From positions 63,116-127,115 of the forward strand of contig JAIEOU010000004.1 of NCBI GenBank assembly GCA_019750255.1: a stretch of 64,000 bases of DNA, read 5' to 3'. A program made the translations under genes and the position numbers. This DNA comes from Patescibacteria group bacterium (GTDB lineage Bacteria; Patescibacteriota; Minisyncoccia; Phycocordibacterales; UBA918). Position 1 is the first letter of the stretch. The number at the start of each line of letters is the position of its first letter. Positions 30,273-40,372 of the stretch are shown here, piece by piece. The notes beneath the pieces were generated by a model. It was given only the letters and a program-made list of their open reading frames with translations, had not been told where the DNA came from and searched no databases.

Positions 30273-31709
30273 TTACTGCGAAACTGGTGTCGAGGACGCC
30301 ACCTCACTCACCACCTCCTCGCCCTTAAGGAAGCGGAGCGCAGCATCAAGTTGCGGGTCCTGGCCATCGATAAATTGCTGTGGTGTGCGGTTAATTTTGA
30401 TGTCTGGAGTGAGACCACCTTGCGAGATTGAGACACCATCTGGAGTGAGCCAGCGAGCCACCGTCACCTTCACTGACGCGCCCGATGGAAGATCTACGAG
30501 TTCTTGTACTGAGCCTTTTCCAAAAGTGGCTGAACCGATGACTGTAGCAACACCATGATCCTGGAGAGCGCCAGCTAGAATTTCGGAAGCCGAGGCTGAA
30601 CCGCCATCAACCAGGACGACGAGCTGCTTGGGCGCAAAGTCACGCAACGTACGACCCTGACTACGAAACACTGTCTCTTCCTCGTCATCACCGTAGTTTT
30701 CACGGACGACAATTTTGCCCGTCGGCAGGAAGAAGCCAGCAATCGCAACGGCACTTTGGAGGAGGCCGCCAGGGTTTCCTCGCAAATCGAGTACCATCGT
30801 GGTGGCGTCACTGCGCACGTATTCACGCAGAGCGTCCTGCATTTTAGCTTCAGAAATAGCATTAAAGCTGTAGAGTTTGATGACAAAGGTGTCGTCCTTG
30901 CGCTCGGTCACTACAGTTGGAACATTAATATTATCGCGCACTACCTCAATGGTGCGGAACTCTGTCTCACCCTTGCGGAAAATTTCAAACGTAACGGACG
31001 TGCCCTTTTCACCACGAATCAGACGCACTGCCTCATCTACCCGCATCGATTCGGTCGTTACCCCGTCAATTTTTACGATCACGTCCCCAGCTACAATACC
31101 CGCCCGTTCGGCCGGTGTTTCAGGAAGTGGAGCGATAACGGTAATGACCTCATCGCGAATACCCACCTCCATACCGACTCCGCTAAAATTGCCAGAAATG
31201 TCTTCGGTAAGTGCTTGTGTATCAGCCGGCGGCAGGAAAACCGTATAGGGATCACCATATGCATCAACCAAACCATCGATAGCACCTTGAATTTTTTCTT
31301 CCGTAGAAACGGTGGTGGTTCCAGAGGTCGTAAATTTGTTGTCCAAAATCTCCCACACACGCCAAAACTCATCAAGATTTACACCACTTTGACTCACGCC
31401 CGGGGTCGAGGCAAAAAGTGAAAAGGAATTCGCTTCGTTATTGCCGGCGGCGCTCAGTATACCGAGCTCACCGAGCCGGAGCCCGGTCATAAACGTTCCA
31501 ATCGCAAACAGGAGGGCTAGCGTGATACCTAAGTAACGACCACGCTTGGGAGTCGTCCCTTCACTTCGATCTACCTTTGCCCGAACCGACGCGGGAGTAA
31601 TTTCATTCACCATGTCACTAGTATCGCACAAGTGATGGTGCTCTCCAAAATTATGCCTGTGAGTGCAGCATGAACGGTGCCGAGCGCAGCAGTTTTCTGC
31701 TATACTCAT
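30273..31709 (-). CDS. ctpA: carboxyl-terminal processing protease (S41) with PDZ domain
   Basis: GNPGGLL, SASASEILAGALQD (catalytic Ser), PDZ region. Confidence 0.85.
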   Translation of the reverse strand: MSIAENCCARHRSCCTHRHNFGEHHHLCDTSDMVNEITPASVRAKVDRSEGTTPKRGRYLGITLALLFAIGTFMTGLRLGELGILSAAGNNEANSFSLFASTPGVSQSGVNLDEFWRVWEILDNKFTTSGTTTVSTEEKIQGAIDGLVDAYGDPYTVFLPPADTQALTEDISGNFSGVGMEVGIRDEVITVIAPLPETPAERAGIVAGDVIVKIDGVTTESMRVDEAVRLIRGEKGTSVTFEIFRKGETEFRTIEVVRDNINVPTVVTERKDDTFVIKLYSFNAISEAKMQDALREYVRSDATTMVLDLRGNPGGLLQSAVAIAGFFLPTGKIVVRENYGDDEEETVFRSQGRTLRDFAPKQLVVLVDGGSASASEILAGALQDHGVATVIGSATFGKGSVQELVDLPSGASVKVTVARWLTPDGVSISQGGLTPDIKINRTPQQFIDGQDPQLDAALRFLKGEEVVSEVASSTPVSQ

Positions 31710-31720
31710 ACTGTTTTAGT

Positions 31721-33181
31721 ATGTTTGGTTCACTCTTTAAGGCCGCTACCGCACCAGCACCGGCTCCCCATGTGCGTTTTTATAACACCCTGTCCGGAAA
31801 AATTGAGGACTTTGTTCCACTCACTCCTCCTACAGTGACGATGTATAGCTGCGGACCCACTGTCTACGGACACGCACACATTGGCAATCTTCGGTCTTAT
31901 GTCTTCGCGGACATTCTCCGCCGCACCTTAATCAACGCAGGGTACGACGTTAAGCACACGATTAACCTCACCGACTTCGGCCACCTTACTGATGACGCTG
32001 ATGCGGGTGAGGACAAAATGATGAAGGGACTCAAGCGCGAGGGTCTACCTATCACCCTGACGGCTATGCGCGAACTATCAGACCGCTACATTATCGCCTT
32101 TAAAGATGATGTCGACGCCCTGCGCATCTTACCGCCCACCACCTGGGCCAGAGCTAGTGACTATGTGGATGTGCAAATTCGACTCATTGAAACTCTTGAC
32201 GGAAAGGGCTATACGTACGAAACCAGTGACGGTGTCTACTTCGATATCAGTAAGTTTCCAACATACGGCCGACTTGGCAATATCAACCTTGATCGCCTCC
32301 GCAGTGGTGCGCGTGTTGAAATCAACAGTGAAAAGCGTCATCCGGCCGACTTTGCCGTCTGGAAAAAAGGTCTCCTCGGCTGGGACAGTCGCTGGGGCAA
32401 GGGGTTCCCTGGTTGGCACATTGAATGCTCGGCCATGGCCATTGCAACCCTCGGGAAACAGATTGATATCCATACCGGTGGCATTGACCATGTCCACACC
32501 CATCACAATGCGGAACGTGCCCAAAGCGAGGCTGCCACCGGCAAAGAGTTTGCCCACTTTTGGATGCACAACGAATTTATCACTATTGATAACACCAAGA
32601 TATCCAAGTCGCTCGGCAACGACCTCACCTTGCGTCACTTGGTTGAAAACGGCTTTTCTGCAGACGACTACCGCTACTGGCTACTGACGGCTCATTACCG
32701 CTCACCGGTAAACTTTTCTTTCGAAGCTCTCAAGGGCGCAAAACAAGCCCTGTACCGACTCAAGCGGCACATGTATGAAGAATACCGCGGAGTTAAGCCA
32801 ACTCTTAATGACACGCTTCTTAATCGCTTTACCGCCCACCTCGCGAACGACCTCGACACACCTGGCGCCCTTGCCCTTGCCTGGGAGGTAGTGAAAGATT
32901 CTTCCCTTTCGCTCGGCAGTAAATATGGAACCCTCCTTGCCATGGACAGCCTGCTTGACCTTGGTCTTGGCGACGATCCAGATAAGGGCGCTCGTTCGCT
33001 CGGCATTATTGCCAAAGACGAGCTTCCCGAAGATGTTCAGCTGTTAGTCGACAACCGAGAAATCGCTCGCATTGCGCGCAACTGGCCCCAGGCCGATTAT
33101 CTGCGCGAGGCTCTTAACCTTAAAGGCTACACTGTCGAGGACACACCGCACGGTCCGAAAGTGACAAAGGCAGTATCCTAG
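31721..33181 (+). CDS. cysS: cysteinyl-tRNA synthetase
   Basis: CGPTVYGHAHIGN (HIGH) and KISKSLGN (KMSKS); start at ATG 31721. Confidence 0.9.
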   Translation: MFGSLFKAATAPAPAPHVRFYNTLSGKIEDFVPLTPPTVTMYSCGPTVYGHAHIGNLRSYVFADILRRTLINAGYDVKHTINLTDFGHLTDDADAGEDKMMKGLKREGLPITLTAMRELSDRYIIAFKDDVDALRILPPTTWARASDYVDVQIRLIETLDGKGYTYETSDGVYFDISKFPTYGRLGNINLDRLRSGARVEINSEKRHPADFAVWKKGLLGWDSRWGKGFPGWHIECSAMAIATLGKQIDIHTGGIDHVHTHHNAERAQSEAATGKEFAHFWMHNEFITIDNTKISKSLGNDLTLRHLVENGFSADDYRYWLLTAHYRSPVNFSFEALKGAKQALYRLKRHMYEEYRGVKPTLNDTLLNRFTAHLANDLDTPGALALAWEVVKDSSLSLGSKYGTLLAMDSLLDLGLGDDPDKGARSLGIIAKDELPEDVQLLVDNREIARIARNWPQADYLREALNLKGYTVEDTPHGPKVTKAVS

Positions 33182-33286
33182 AGGTAGACTCACTCCAGTG
33201 ATTAATTGACAAAGGTCAATTTATAATACACTGTTTGTAACAGTTCTTTTTTCCCTCCCACCAATCAAAACACAAGGAGACGTTTA

Positions 33287-33715
33287 ATGCCTTATGACAG
33301 CGACCTACCAATTCACGATCAAATCCTGTCGATCCTACCCGGGGCAGAGCTCTGGTTTGTAAAGCAAGCTCTACAGAAGAGCCATCCACCGCGAGCGCAC
33401 TTTGCCTCTTTCGAAGCGGCGCTCTCAGCGTATCGAGCAATTCCTAAGGAAAGAATCGACCGCGAATACCGCGATAGCCTGAGGCGAGCACTGATCGAAC
33501 TTGCCTCCACCTTCGACGAAGCGTGGACAGCACACCAGCTGACCGACCGCGATTCCATCACGAGAGGACTCGCCTTCAGCAAAGCCGCTGAGGTAGCAAA
33601 TGATGTAGGTCAGCTACAAATACTGTTCTACAACTGCGACCGGAGCAGTATACTGGAAGCAGACGTCATTCTACGCCTCGCGACCTTACTCACGAACCCC
33701 GGGAGTGATTCCTAA
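33287..33715 (+). CDS. hypothetical protein (142 aa)
   Basis: RBS aaggagacg; own terminator; no family recognised. Confidence 0.5.
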   Translation: MPYDSDLPIHDQILSILPGAELWFVKQALQKSHPPRAHFASFEAALSAYRAIPKERIDREYRDSLRRALIELASTFDEAWTAHQLTDRDSITRGLAFSKAAEVANDVGQLQILFYNCDRSSILEADVILRLATLLTNPGSDS

Positions 33716-33730
33716 CCTCCCCACCCCCAG

Positions 33731-33772
33731 CCCGGGCCGTGCGCACAAGCGCACGGCCCGGTATTTGCGTTT
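33731..33772 (+). terminator. Rho-independent terminator
   Basis: ccgggccgtgcgc acaa gcgcacggcccgg + tatttgcgtttt. Confidence 0.55.
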
Positions 33773-33851
33773 TGAGGACCATCCGCGTACGCTTGTAGAT
33801 AGATTTTGTTCCCACCCCACCAGCACAACTGGCAACTAAAGGAGACGGATA

Positions 33852-34334
33852 GTGAACGCATCTTCGACCAAGCACCGCGGGGGAATTGCCCTTCGGTTTG
33901 ATGGTGAATACTACCTGCTACGCAGCGCAGGCGGCAGCATCATTCCCTATCACAGCCTTAGTCACCTGCAGGTGCTTCTGCAGTCAACCATGGCCCTGCA
34001 GCCGAAACAGCGTGCGCAAGCAGTTGCGGGAGACGCCCAGGCGTACCGTACCGACGAGGTACAAACATGTCTGGAAAGGCGATTCGGTGACGCACAAGAA
34101 GTCACCTCTCCCCTTCACTGTTTTGCCTTGCTTGCGGACGGGACGCGCAGAATCAAGATCGGTGAAGAGATACATGTCACGCCAGGACCAGACTTTATTC
34201 ATGCCATACTGAATGCGTCCTGTCTTTGGCATATGACCGATACTTCATGGGTGAATGCGGTCATTGAGATGCTACAGAATCAGCCCTCGGACGTGCTCGC
34301 TCGATTTTACGACATGCGGGCTGCTACCGCATAA
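33852..34334 (+). CDS. hypothetical protein (160 aa, GTG start)
   Basis: RBS aaaggagacgg similar to preceding gene; own terminator. Confidence 0.5.
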   Translation: MNASSTKHRGGIALRFDGEYYLLRSAGGSIIPYHSLSHLQVLLQSTMALQPKQRAQAVAGDAQAYRTDEVQTCLERRFGDAQEVTSPLHCFALLADGTRRIKIGEEIHVTPGPDFIHAILNASCLWHMTDTSWVNAVIEMLQNQPSDVLARFYDMRAATA

Positions 34335-34346
34335 ATACCATCATCG

Positions 34347-34380
34347 TTGCGGCGGCCTCATCCGAGGCCGCCGCTTATGT
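34347..34380 (+). terminator. Rho-independent terminator
   Basis: gcggcggcctc atcc gaggccgccgc + ttatgttt. Confidence 0.5.
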
Positions 34381-34452
34381 TTATAAGAACCTTTTTACTT
34401 TACCCATCCACTGGCTGCTGACAAAAAGTCATCTCTATGGTATAAATTACAG

Positions 34453-35085
34453 TTGAATACCCTAGTACCCGCTGCCGTGCGGTCCCGCGGCATTCTCCCT
34501 TCAAGGCCAACCGCCATGGGAACACTTCTGATTGAACCTCACATACTCGCGTCACAATGTGCCGGACTGAGACAATTTGTTGACTACCAAGACACTCCGC
34601 AGTCACATGTACCAAACCGTTTATGGAAAGCCGTACAGTCGCGCTGTGCTGTCGCAATAGCAGGTCCTGCCCGGTGCACCAACCTGGCCGCCCTTCAGCT
34701 CGCGCACATCATGCCGGGCATCGAAGACGAGCAGGAATACACGAACTACCCGTTTGCAACGCGCGAGCGCTGCGGAAAGGGCTGGATAGGCCTGAGATCA
34801 ACCTCAAACATGGCCGTAGTAGCGAACATGACCATGTCCGAGCAGCTCCGCGGTACAAAGGCAGCGCTGCCAAACGCGGTTACCCTCATCTGGGCCATGC
34901 AAGCGTACCAAGCGTGCAACCGAGAACGGTTGATGGGGAAATATTTTGCACGCACTAGTTCGGTGATTCCTGATGTCGGAAGAATCGTCGTCGGACAATC
35001 GTACAATGCTGGGCCAATTACCGTCACGGTCAAGCGCGACGACGAACGCTCACCCAAACTCAGTCTTCTTAAATTATTTAGCTAA
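34453..35085 (+). CDS. hypothetical protein (210 aa)
   Basis: ORF only; followed by GC hairpin at ~35090-35135. Confidence 0.45.
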   Translation: MNTLVPAAVRSRGILPSRPTAMGTLLIEPHILASQCAGLRQFVDYQDTPQSHVPNRLWKAVQSRCAVAIAGPARCTNLAALQLAHIMPGIEDEQEYTNYPFATRERCGKGWIGLRSTSNMAVVANMTMSEQLRGTKAALPNAVTLIWAMQAYQACNRERLMGKYFARTSSVIPDVGRIVVGQSYNAGPITVTVKRDDERSPKLSLLKLFS

Positions 35086-35239
35086 ACCTCAGGGACCCTG
35101 GCACAATCGTGCCGGGGTCCTTGGACCACAAAAGCTTCGCCTGCGCGAGGTTTTTCTTTTATCCCCAGCTAGTACCCTGCATCCACAGATGAGGAGTTCG
35201 TGCACGAGCGACCACCCCGGGGTACAATAGCCCGTACGT

Positions 35240-36622
35240 ATGGCTACTGATCGTCCCGCTACTAGCCGTTCACTGCGGACTCCTCCCCACAACGTGGATG
35301 TAGAAAAAGCTCTGCTTGGTGCCCTCATTCTCAAACCCGATGTAATGCACGATGTATCAGTGACTGTCTTTCCAGAGAGTTTCTACGCTGACAAGCACCG
35401 CATTATTTTTGGAGCTATCGCTTCCCTGTTCTCGCACGGGAACCCAATCGACCTCGTGAGTGTGGTATCTAAACTTAAAGACGCCAGCAATCTCGACCGG
35501 GTTGGTGGCGCCACCTACATCACTGAACTCATTGAAACGGTACCAGCCGCCGGTAATGCTCTCTATTACGCGGAAATTGTGCAAGGTAAAGCTGCCCTAC
35601 GCGGTCTTATTCACGCAGCTGACGATATCGCCGAGATTGGCTACAGCGACCCCGACAGCGTCGACGAAGCACTCGATCAAGCGGAAAAGAAAATTTTCCA
35701 CGCAACACAATCTCCCTCTGCCCAAAAATTTAAAACGATTGGGAGCTCACTCACCGAAGCATGGGAGCGCTTCGAGCATTTGGCAGCGAACCCCGACGAA
35801 AAGCGTGGCGTACAATCTGGCTTTACCGCCCTCGATAATCTACTTGCTGGCTTTCAGAAGTCAGACCTGATTATTCTCGCCGCTCGCCCCTCCATGGGAA
35901 AGACCACATTTGCGCTCGACGTAGCGCGTAATGCGGCACTAAAGTACGGTGCGTCGGTTGGTATCTTTTCGCTTGAAATGAGTGATCAGCAGCTCGTAGA
36001 CCGTATGCTCGCGGCCGAAGCCGGTGTGGACTCCTGGAAACTGCGGACCGGAAAGCTCAGCAACGACCACGAGTTTGAAGCCGTGCAAAAAGCTATGGCA
36101 AAACTGTCTGAGGCGCAAATTCATATTGATGACCAGGCCGGCAACAACATTCTGCGCATGCGCTCGGCCGCCCGCCGCCTTAAAAACGAGCACGGGCTTG
36201 ACCTAATTATTGTCGACTACCTGCAGCTCATGTCTCCCACCTCGACCAAGGCGAGCGACAACATGGTGCAGCAAGTGACCGAAATCTCGCGCTCGCTTAA
36301 AATCCTCGCGCGCGAGCTTGAGGTGCCGGTCATCGCCCTCTCACAGCTCTCTCGTGCCGTTGAGCAACGCGGAGGAAAGCCGCGCCTGTCCGACCTGCGT
36401 GACTCGGGTTCGATTGAGCAGGATGCTGACGTAGTGATGTTCATTCACCGTGAAGATAAGATCAATAAGGAATCGGATCGCCCTAACATTGCTGAGATCA
36501 TGGTCGAGAAGCATCGTAACGGCGCCGTCGGATCGGCGGAACTCTACTTTGATGGCAAGCATGTCCGCTTTCTCAATCTCGACACACACCACGCAACTGC
36601 ACCAGGTGCTGACGACTTTTAA
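35240..36622 (+). CDS. dnaB: replicative DNA helicase
   Basis: DnaB N-terminal domain plus RecA-like core ARPSMGKTTFALDVA, later H-motifs; 460 aa. Confidence 0.9.
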   Translation: MATDRPATSRSLRTPPHNVDVEKALLGALILKPDVMHDVSVTVFPESFYADKHRIIFGAIASLFSHGNPIDLVSVVSKLKDASNLDRVGGATYITELIETVPAAGNALYYAEIVQGKAALRGLIHAADDIAEIGYSDPDSVDEALDQAEKKIFHATQSPSAQKFKTIGSSLTEAWERFEHLAANPDEKRGVQSGFTALDNLLAGFQKSDLIILAARPSMGKTTFALDVARNAALKYGASVGIFSLEMSDQQLVDRMLAAEAGVDSWKLRTGKLSNDHEFEAVQKAMAKLSEAQIHIDDQAGNNILRMRSAARRLKNEHGLDLIIVDYLQLMSPTSTKASDNMVQQVTEISRSLKILARELEVPVIALSQLSRAVEQRGGKPRLSDLRDSGSIEQDADVVMFIHREDKINKESDRPNIAEIMVEKHRNGAVGSAELYFDGKHVRFLNLDTHHATAPGADDF

Positions 36623-36780
36623 GAAAAAGGTGAAGGGAGAGCCCTTTTGTTTTTCTACCGCGATCGCTTGAGCCGTTTTACGCGTAAGGTGACTATTCAA
36701 CCGTACCTAAAAGGTAGGATGTGATGACAAAATTTGAGGTGTGGTACAGTTGCTAAGGTACTCCTGAGGAGCACATCGCG

Positions 36781-37155
36781 ATGGTACGCACCTTACAGTT
36801 ACTGGTTGTAGAGGACGATCTGACATGGTGGATCTTCCTCCAACATGAGCTGGGTAAAAAGTTCGATATTCAGCTAGCCTCGACCATACACACTGCCAGA
36901 GCGCGCCTTGCGAATTCCGGTCCCTATGACGGGATTGTTATGGACGGATATCTCGTACGAGAGAATACGCTTGCACTAATTGTAGACATAAGAAATGACG
37001 GGTACGCGGGACCACTGTTTGCATTCTCGAGCGACCGAGAGATGCGCAAGAAACAAATGGAATCGGGCTGCAGCCACGAACTCCCGAAAGAAGAACCTGG
37101 GAAGTGGTTAAGCATCATTGAAACAGCCAACGCAGCTTTCTCAAGCAGTAACTAA
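36781..37155 (+). CDS. stand-alone CheY-like receiver domain protein
   Basis: LLVVEDD ... GIVMDG (phospho-acceptor Asp) ... receiver fold length. Confidence 0.55.
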   Translation: MVRTLQLLVVEDDLTWWIFLQHELGKKFDIQLASTIHTARARLANSGPYDGIVMDGYLVRENTLALIVDIRNDGYAGPLFAFSSDREMRKKQMESGCSHELPKEEPGKWLSIIETANAAFSSSN

Positions 37156-37159
37156 ATAG

Positions 37160-37210
37160 CCCGCAGAGGCGGAGAATCATCCAATTCTCCGCCTTACGGG
37201 CTCTTTTTTA
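37160..37210 (+). terminator. Rho-independent terminator
   Basis: ggcggagaat...attctccgcc nested in cccg...cggg then ctctttttt. Confidence 0.65.
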
Positions 37211-37251
37211 TATTTCCCCTTTTGTCGTTCTTCCTTTATCATTGACCATTC

Positions 37252-37863
37252 ATGACCACACTCGATAAACTTATTGCGCACTTCGAACGATTTCCGGGCA
37301 TCGGGAGTCGTCAGGCAAAACGCTTTGCCTTTCATTTACTACGACAAGACGCAGCCCAGATTGCCGAGCTTTCTTCCCTAATTGCCGAACTCCCCTCAGT
37401 TATGGCCGAGTGCGAAGGCTGTGCCCGCTACTTTTCCCGCAATGGCCAGGGTGGACTTTGTCCCATTTGTGCAAGCACAGGGCGCGACCGTAGCCAACTC
37501 CTCATCATTGAGCAAGACAGTGACATTCAACCGGTTGAACGAAGTGGGTATGAAGGACTCTATTTTGTACTCGGCGGGACGGTCCCTCTCCTTCATCAGG
37601 AAGAAGGCCGCCGGATTCGCGGACCCCGGCTTAAGGAACTCGTTAACGGACGAGTAAAAGACGGCCTGACTGAGATTATCCTCGGCTTTGCTGTGAATCC
37701 CGATGGTGAAAATACCGCTCGGTACGTTGAAGCGCTTCTTGCTCCGGTTCTTAGTGGCACTACCGTAAAACTCTCGCACCTGGGTCGCGGCCTTTCTACC
37801 GGGAGCGAACTTGAATATGCCGACCCGGAAACTATCAAGAGCGCTTTAAAAAACCGGGACTAG
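37252..37863 (+). CDS. recR: recombination protein RecR
   Basis: HhH RFPGIGSRQAKRFAFHLL, C4 zinc finger CEGCARYF...CPIC, Toprim. Confidence 0.9.
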   Translation: MTTLDKLIAHFERFPGIGSRQAKRFAFHLLRQDAAQIAELSSLIAELPSVMAECEGCARYFSRNGQGGLCPICASTGRDRSQLLIIEQDSDIQPVERSGYEGLYFVLGGTVPLLHQEEGRRIRGPRLKELVNGRVKDGLTEIILGFAVNPDGENTARYVEALLAPVLSGTTVKLSHLGRGLSTGSELEYADPETIKSALKNRD

Positions 37864-37928
37864 CGACCTAACGAAATTTTATATTTCATCGAGCAAAGTC
37901 TTACCAGTAATGCACCGTTTCAGTCATT

Positions 37929-37961
37929 CAAAAAACCACGGCGGCGGGCCGTGGTTTTTTT
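37929..37961 (+). terminator. Rho-independent terminator
   Basis: aaaaaccacggc ggcg ggccgtggttttttt. Confidence 0.65.
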
Positions 37962-37969
37962 AGTACGTT

Positions 37970-38344
37970 CTAGAGAGACTCAATTTTCACTTCTGCGTAG
38001 TGCTGGCGGTGGCCAATGCGTCGGTCACGGTTACTCTTGGCTTTATAGCGCACAATGGTGAGCTTTGGGCCCTTCTTCTCGCCGAGGTAGGTGGCTTTTA
38101 CCTTGGTACCCGTCGTTGGAGAACCGACTTTGGCTACCTTTCCGTCGTCAGTCATAAGCACCTGGTCGAACTCAATTGCGTCACCCTCCTTATGATCACC
38201 AAGAAGTTCAACCTTAAGTACGTCACCAACTGATACCACATACTGCTTACCACCCGTCATAATGACGGCGAAGCTCTCGCTTTTGGCCTTAGCCTTCTTA
38301 ACCACTATCTTAGCTGTTGTTTGAGTTGCCATAATGCGGGCCAT
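37970..38344 (-). CDS. rplU: 50S ribosomal protein L21
   Basis: FAVIMTGGKQYVVSVGD...IEFDQVLM...GHRQHYAEVKI; start uncertain (ORF extends to 38404). Confidence 0.8.
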   Translation of the reverse strand: MARIMATQTTAKIVVKKAKAKSESFAVIMTGGKQYVVSVGDVLKVELLGDHKEGDAIEFDQVLMTDDGKVAKVGSPTTGTKVKATYLGEKKGPKLTIVRYKAKSNRDRRIGHRQHYAEVKIESL

Positions 38345-38679
38345 TGTAACAGAATAAGGAGAAATAACAAGGGGCAAAGCCCCGAGTCTGTTTTGCTTAG
38401 GCAAACACTTCGCTGGATTCGACCCTAAAGGGATAAACAGAAATGATGAGGCTGTAAGCCGACTATATTTTGTTTACTCAAACACTTCACCAGTTACGAC
38501 CTCTGGAGGAGTAACTGGTGGTAGTGTTGTAGAATCCAGCGTTTATGTTTGTAAAAAACCAGTAGTAGCGACTTGCTCTGGCTAAATTGCAAGCATGTAA
38601 GCCGCCATATGTGTGTACACATTACCCTCACTACTTGACACTTCCACTTAAGTATGCTAAACTAAAAAAGTCTGGCGGC

Positions 38680-39130
38680 TTGGGGTACGGCATGCGCCCG
38701 CCCACCGCGTCGGAGCTACGCTCGCAACCGCTTTTTGGAAGCGACCAGCGCCACGCAGAGCCGCCAGACACCCTGTCCTCCCGACGACGAAAAGTTGGAA
38801 GGATTTCACCGCAAAGAGGAGACTGCACGCATGCGTGACTTCACCGAGAAGATCCAGGGCAACACCCCGGGGAATTATGAAACGAGCAACACCAATCTCG
38901 ATCTCGGCGCCGGCGCGGGCGCGATGCTGCTGGGCGCGACGACGGCCACGGCTCGCTGACCTGCACGCGGAGACTGACCTAGCGGAGGTCGTCACCTACA
39001 CCGCTTAGCACCACCGGATGTTCCGCCATCCCGCCGAGGTGTCTCGGTCAACCACAACTACCCGGCGAGATAGGGGGACACCACCCTTCTCGCCACCTCG
39101 TTCTTTCAATAGTTTTCCGAAGTGAGCTGG
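38680..39130. other. anomalous GC-rich intergenic segment with small SD-led ORF (38829-38957, 42 aa)
   Basis: local GC far above flanks; ORF MRDFTEKIQGNTPGNYETSNTNLDLGAGAGAMLLGATTATAR preceded by AAGAGGAG; strongly GC3-rich codons. Confidence 0.3.
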
Positions 39131-39244
39131 GATACCTGGCACATGTCTTTCATTGCCGCACATCCCACCATTACTTCGAAGAGCCGCCATCAGCCGCAAA
39201 ATGAATGTACTTACATTTATTTTGCACCAGCTGGGCGGTTTTTG

Positions 39245-40372
39245 TTATTCATCTTCGCTCTTTACCGGTTTCTCAATTGCTAGCATTTCAATACCCACAG
39301 CCGCTCCGGTAATTTTTGTAACGTCCTTATCAATCTTTCCAAGCTCCTTCTGAGCACTATTGTAGTGGTTAACTGTAGTGGAGAGGCTGTTGCCTACCTT
39401 CTTGAAGTACTCATCGTAGGCCGAGAGGTGGCGCGAGAGCTGCTCAACCTGCTTCCCTATCTGCTTGGCACTCTCTTCAATTTTAAACGCCCGAAATCCA
39501 TACAGCACTGACTGGAGGTACGCAGAAAAAGTAGTTGGAGAAACAATAATCACATTCTTGTCCTTATAGGCGTAATCGATGAGCGATCGAGTATTTACCT
39601 TTACGGAACCCACCTCATTGATGAGCAGGTCGTAGTAAATTGCTTCCGCCGGGATGTACATAAAGGCAAACGGTAACGTGCCGTCGCTTGGACGGATGTA
39701 CTTGGCCGTTTCATCTATGCGCTTTTTTAGGTCATTCTTAAACTCTTTTTCAAGGAATTCCCGCTCATCATCGGTGGTAGCGTCAACCAGGCGACGGTAG
39801 TTGTCAAGCGAAAACTTGGCATCAACCGGAATCATGCCATCCTTGCTCTCAATCACCGCATCCACCGTCTCACCACCTGGAAACTGATACTGCATCTTGT
39901 ACGAACCAGCCGGCAACATATTTTCTAGAGCGAGCTGCAAAGAAGCCTCGCCCAAATTTCCCCGCTGCTTTTGGTGCTTGAGCACCTTCTCAAGATTCTG
40001 CAGCTGCTCGGCCACGGTAAACACCTGCTTACTTGATTCGCTCACCTCACTTACGCCGCGCTGCACATGCAGCAGTTTTTCACCGACACTTTCCTGGATG
40101 TATTTAATCTGTTCGTTTACCTCTTTAGCGATGCCTTGCATCAGCTTCTGACTTTCAGAAAATTGCGAGCGACTGCCCTCCTGCATCGTCCGGTTAGTTT
40201 CCGAAAGACGATTATCCATTGTCCTCGTAAGTTCTTGGAGCTGCTGCTGCATGAGGAGCATGCTTGCGCTAGCACCCTCTGGACTCGTCGACTGCGGCCG
40301 GAGCAAAAAATAGAGCAGAACACCGTTCCCCACTACCAGCGCCGTAAACACAACAATCAGAAGCAATTCCAT
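39245..40372 (-). CDS. rmuC: DNA recombination protein RmuC
   Basis: N-terminal TM, long coiled coil, C-terminal RmuC nuclease-like domain (FAFMYIPAEAIYYDLL). Confidence 0.8.
   Translation of the reverse strand: MELLLIVVFTALVVGNGVLLYFLLRPQSTSPEGASASMLLMQQQLQELTRTMDNRLSETNRTMQEGSRSQFSESQKLMQGIAKEVNEQIKYIQESVGEKLLHVQRGVSEVSESSKQVFTVAEQLQNLEKVLKHQKQRGNLGEASLQLALENMLPAGSYKMQYQFPGGETVDAVIESKDGMIPVDAKFSLDNYRRLVDATTDDEREFLEKEFKNDLKKRIDETAKYIRPSDGTLPFAFMYIPAEAIYYDLLINEVGSVKVNTRSLIDYAYKDKNVIIVSPTTFSAYLQSVLYGFRAFKIEESAKQIGKQVEQLSRHLSAYDEYFKKVGNSLSTTVNHYNSAQKELGKIDKDVTKITGAAVGIEMLAIEKPVKSEDE

Noticed and set aside
38405-38440. gctggattcgaccc resembles the 5-prime tRNA-like segment of tmRNA (CUGGAUUCGACGGG)
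   Set aside because: No matching acceptor stem, no T-arm/3-prime tRNA-like end within 400 nt on either strand, and no plausible tag reading frame ending in Ala-Ala. Likely chance similarity.
38657-38995. 112-aa Arg-rich minus-strand ORF in the GC-rich segment
   Set aside because: Composition (R/A/G-rich) is what any reading frame through GC-rich DNA gives. It has no RBS. The plus-strand 42-codon ORF with an SD is the better candidate, if any.
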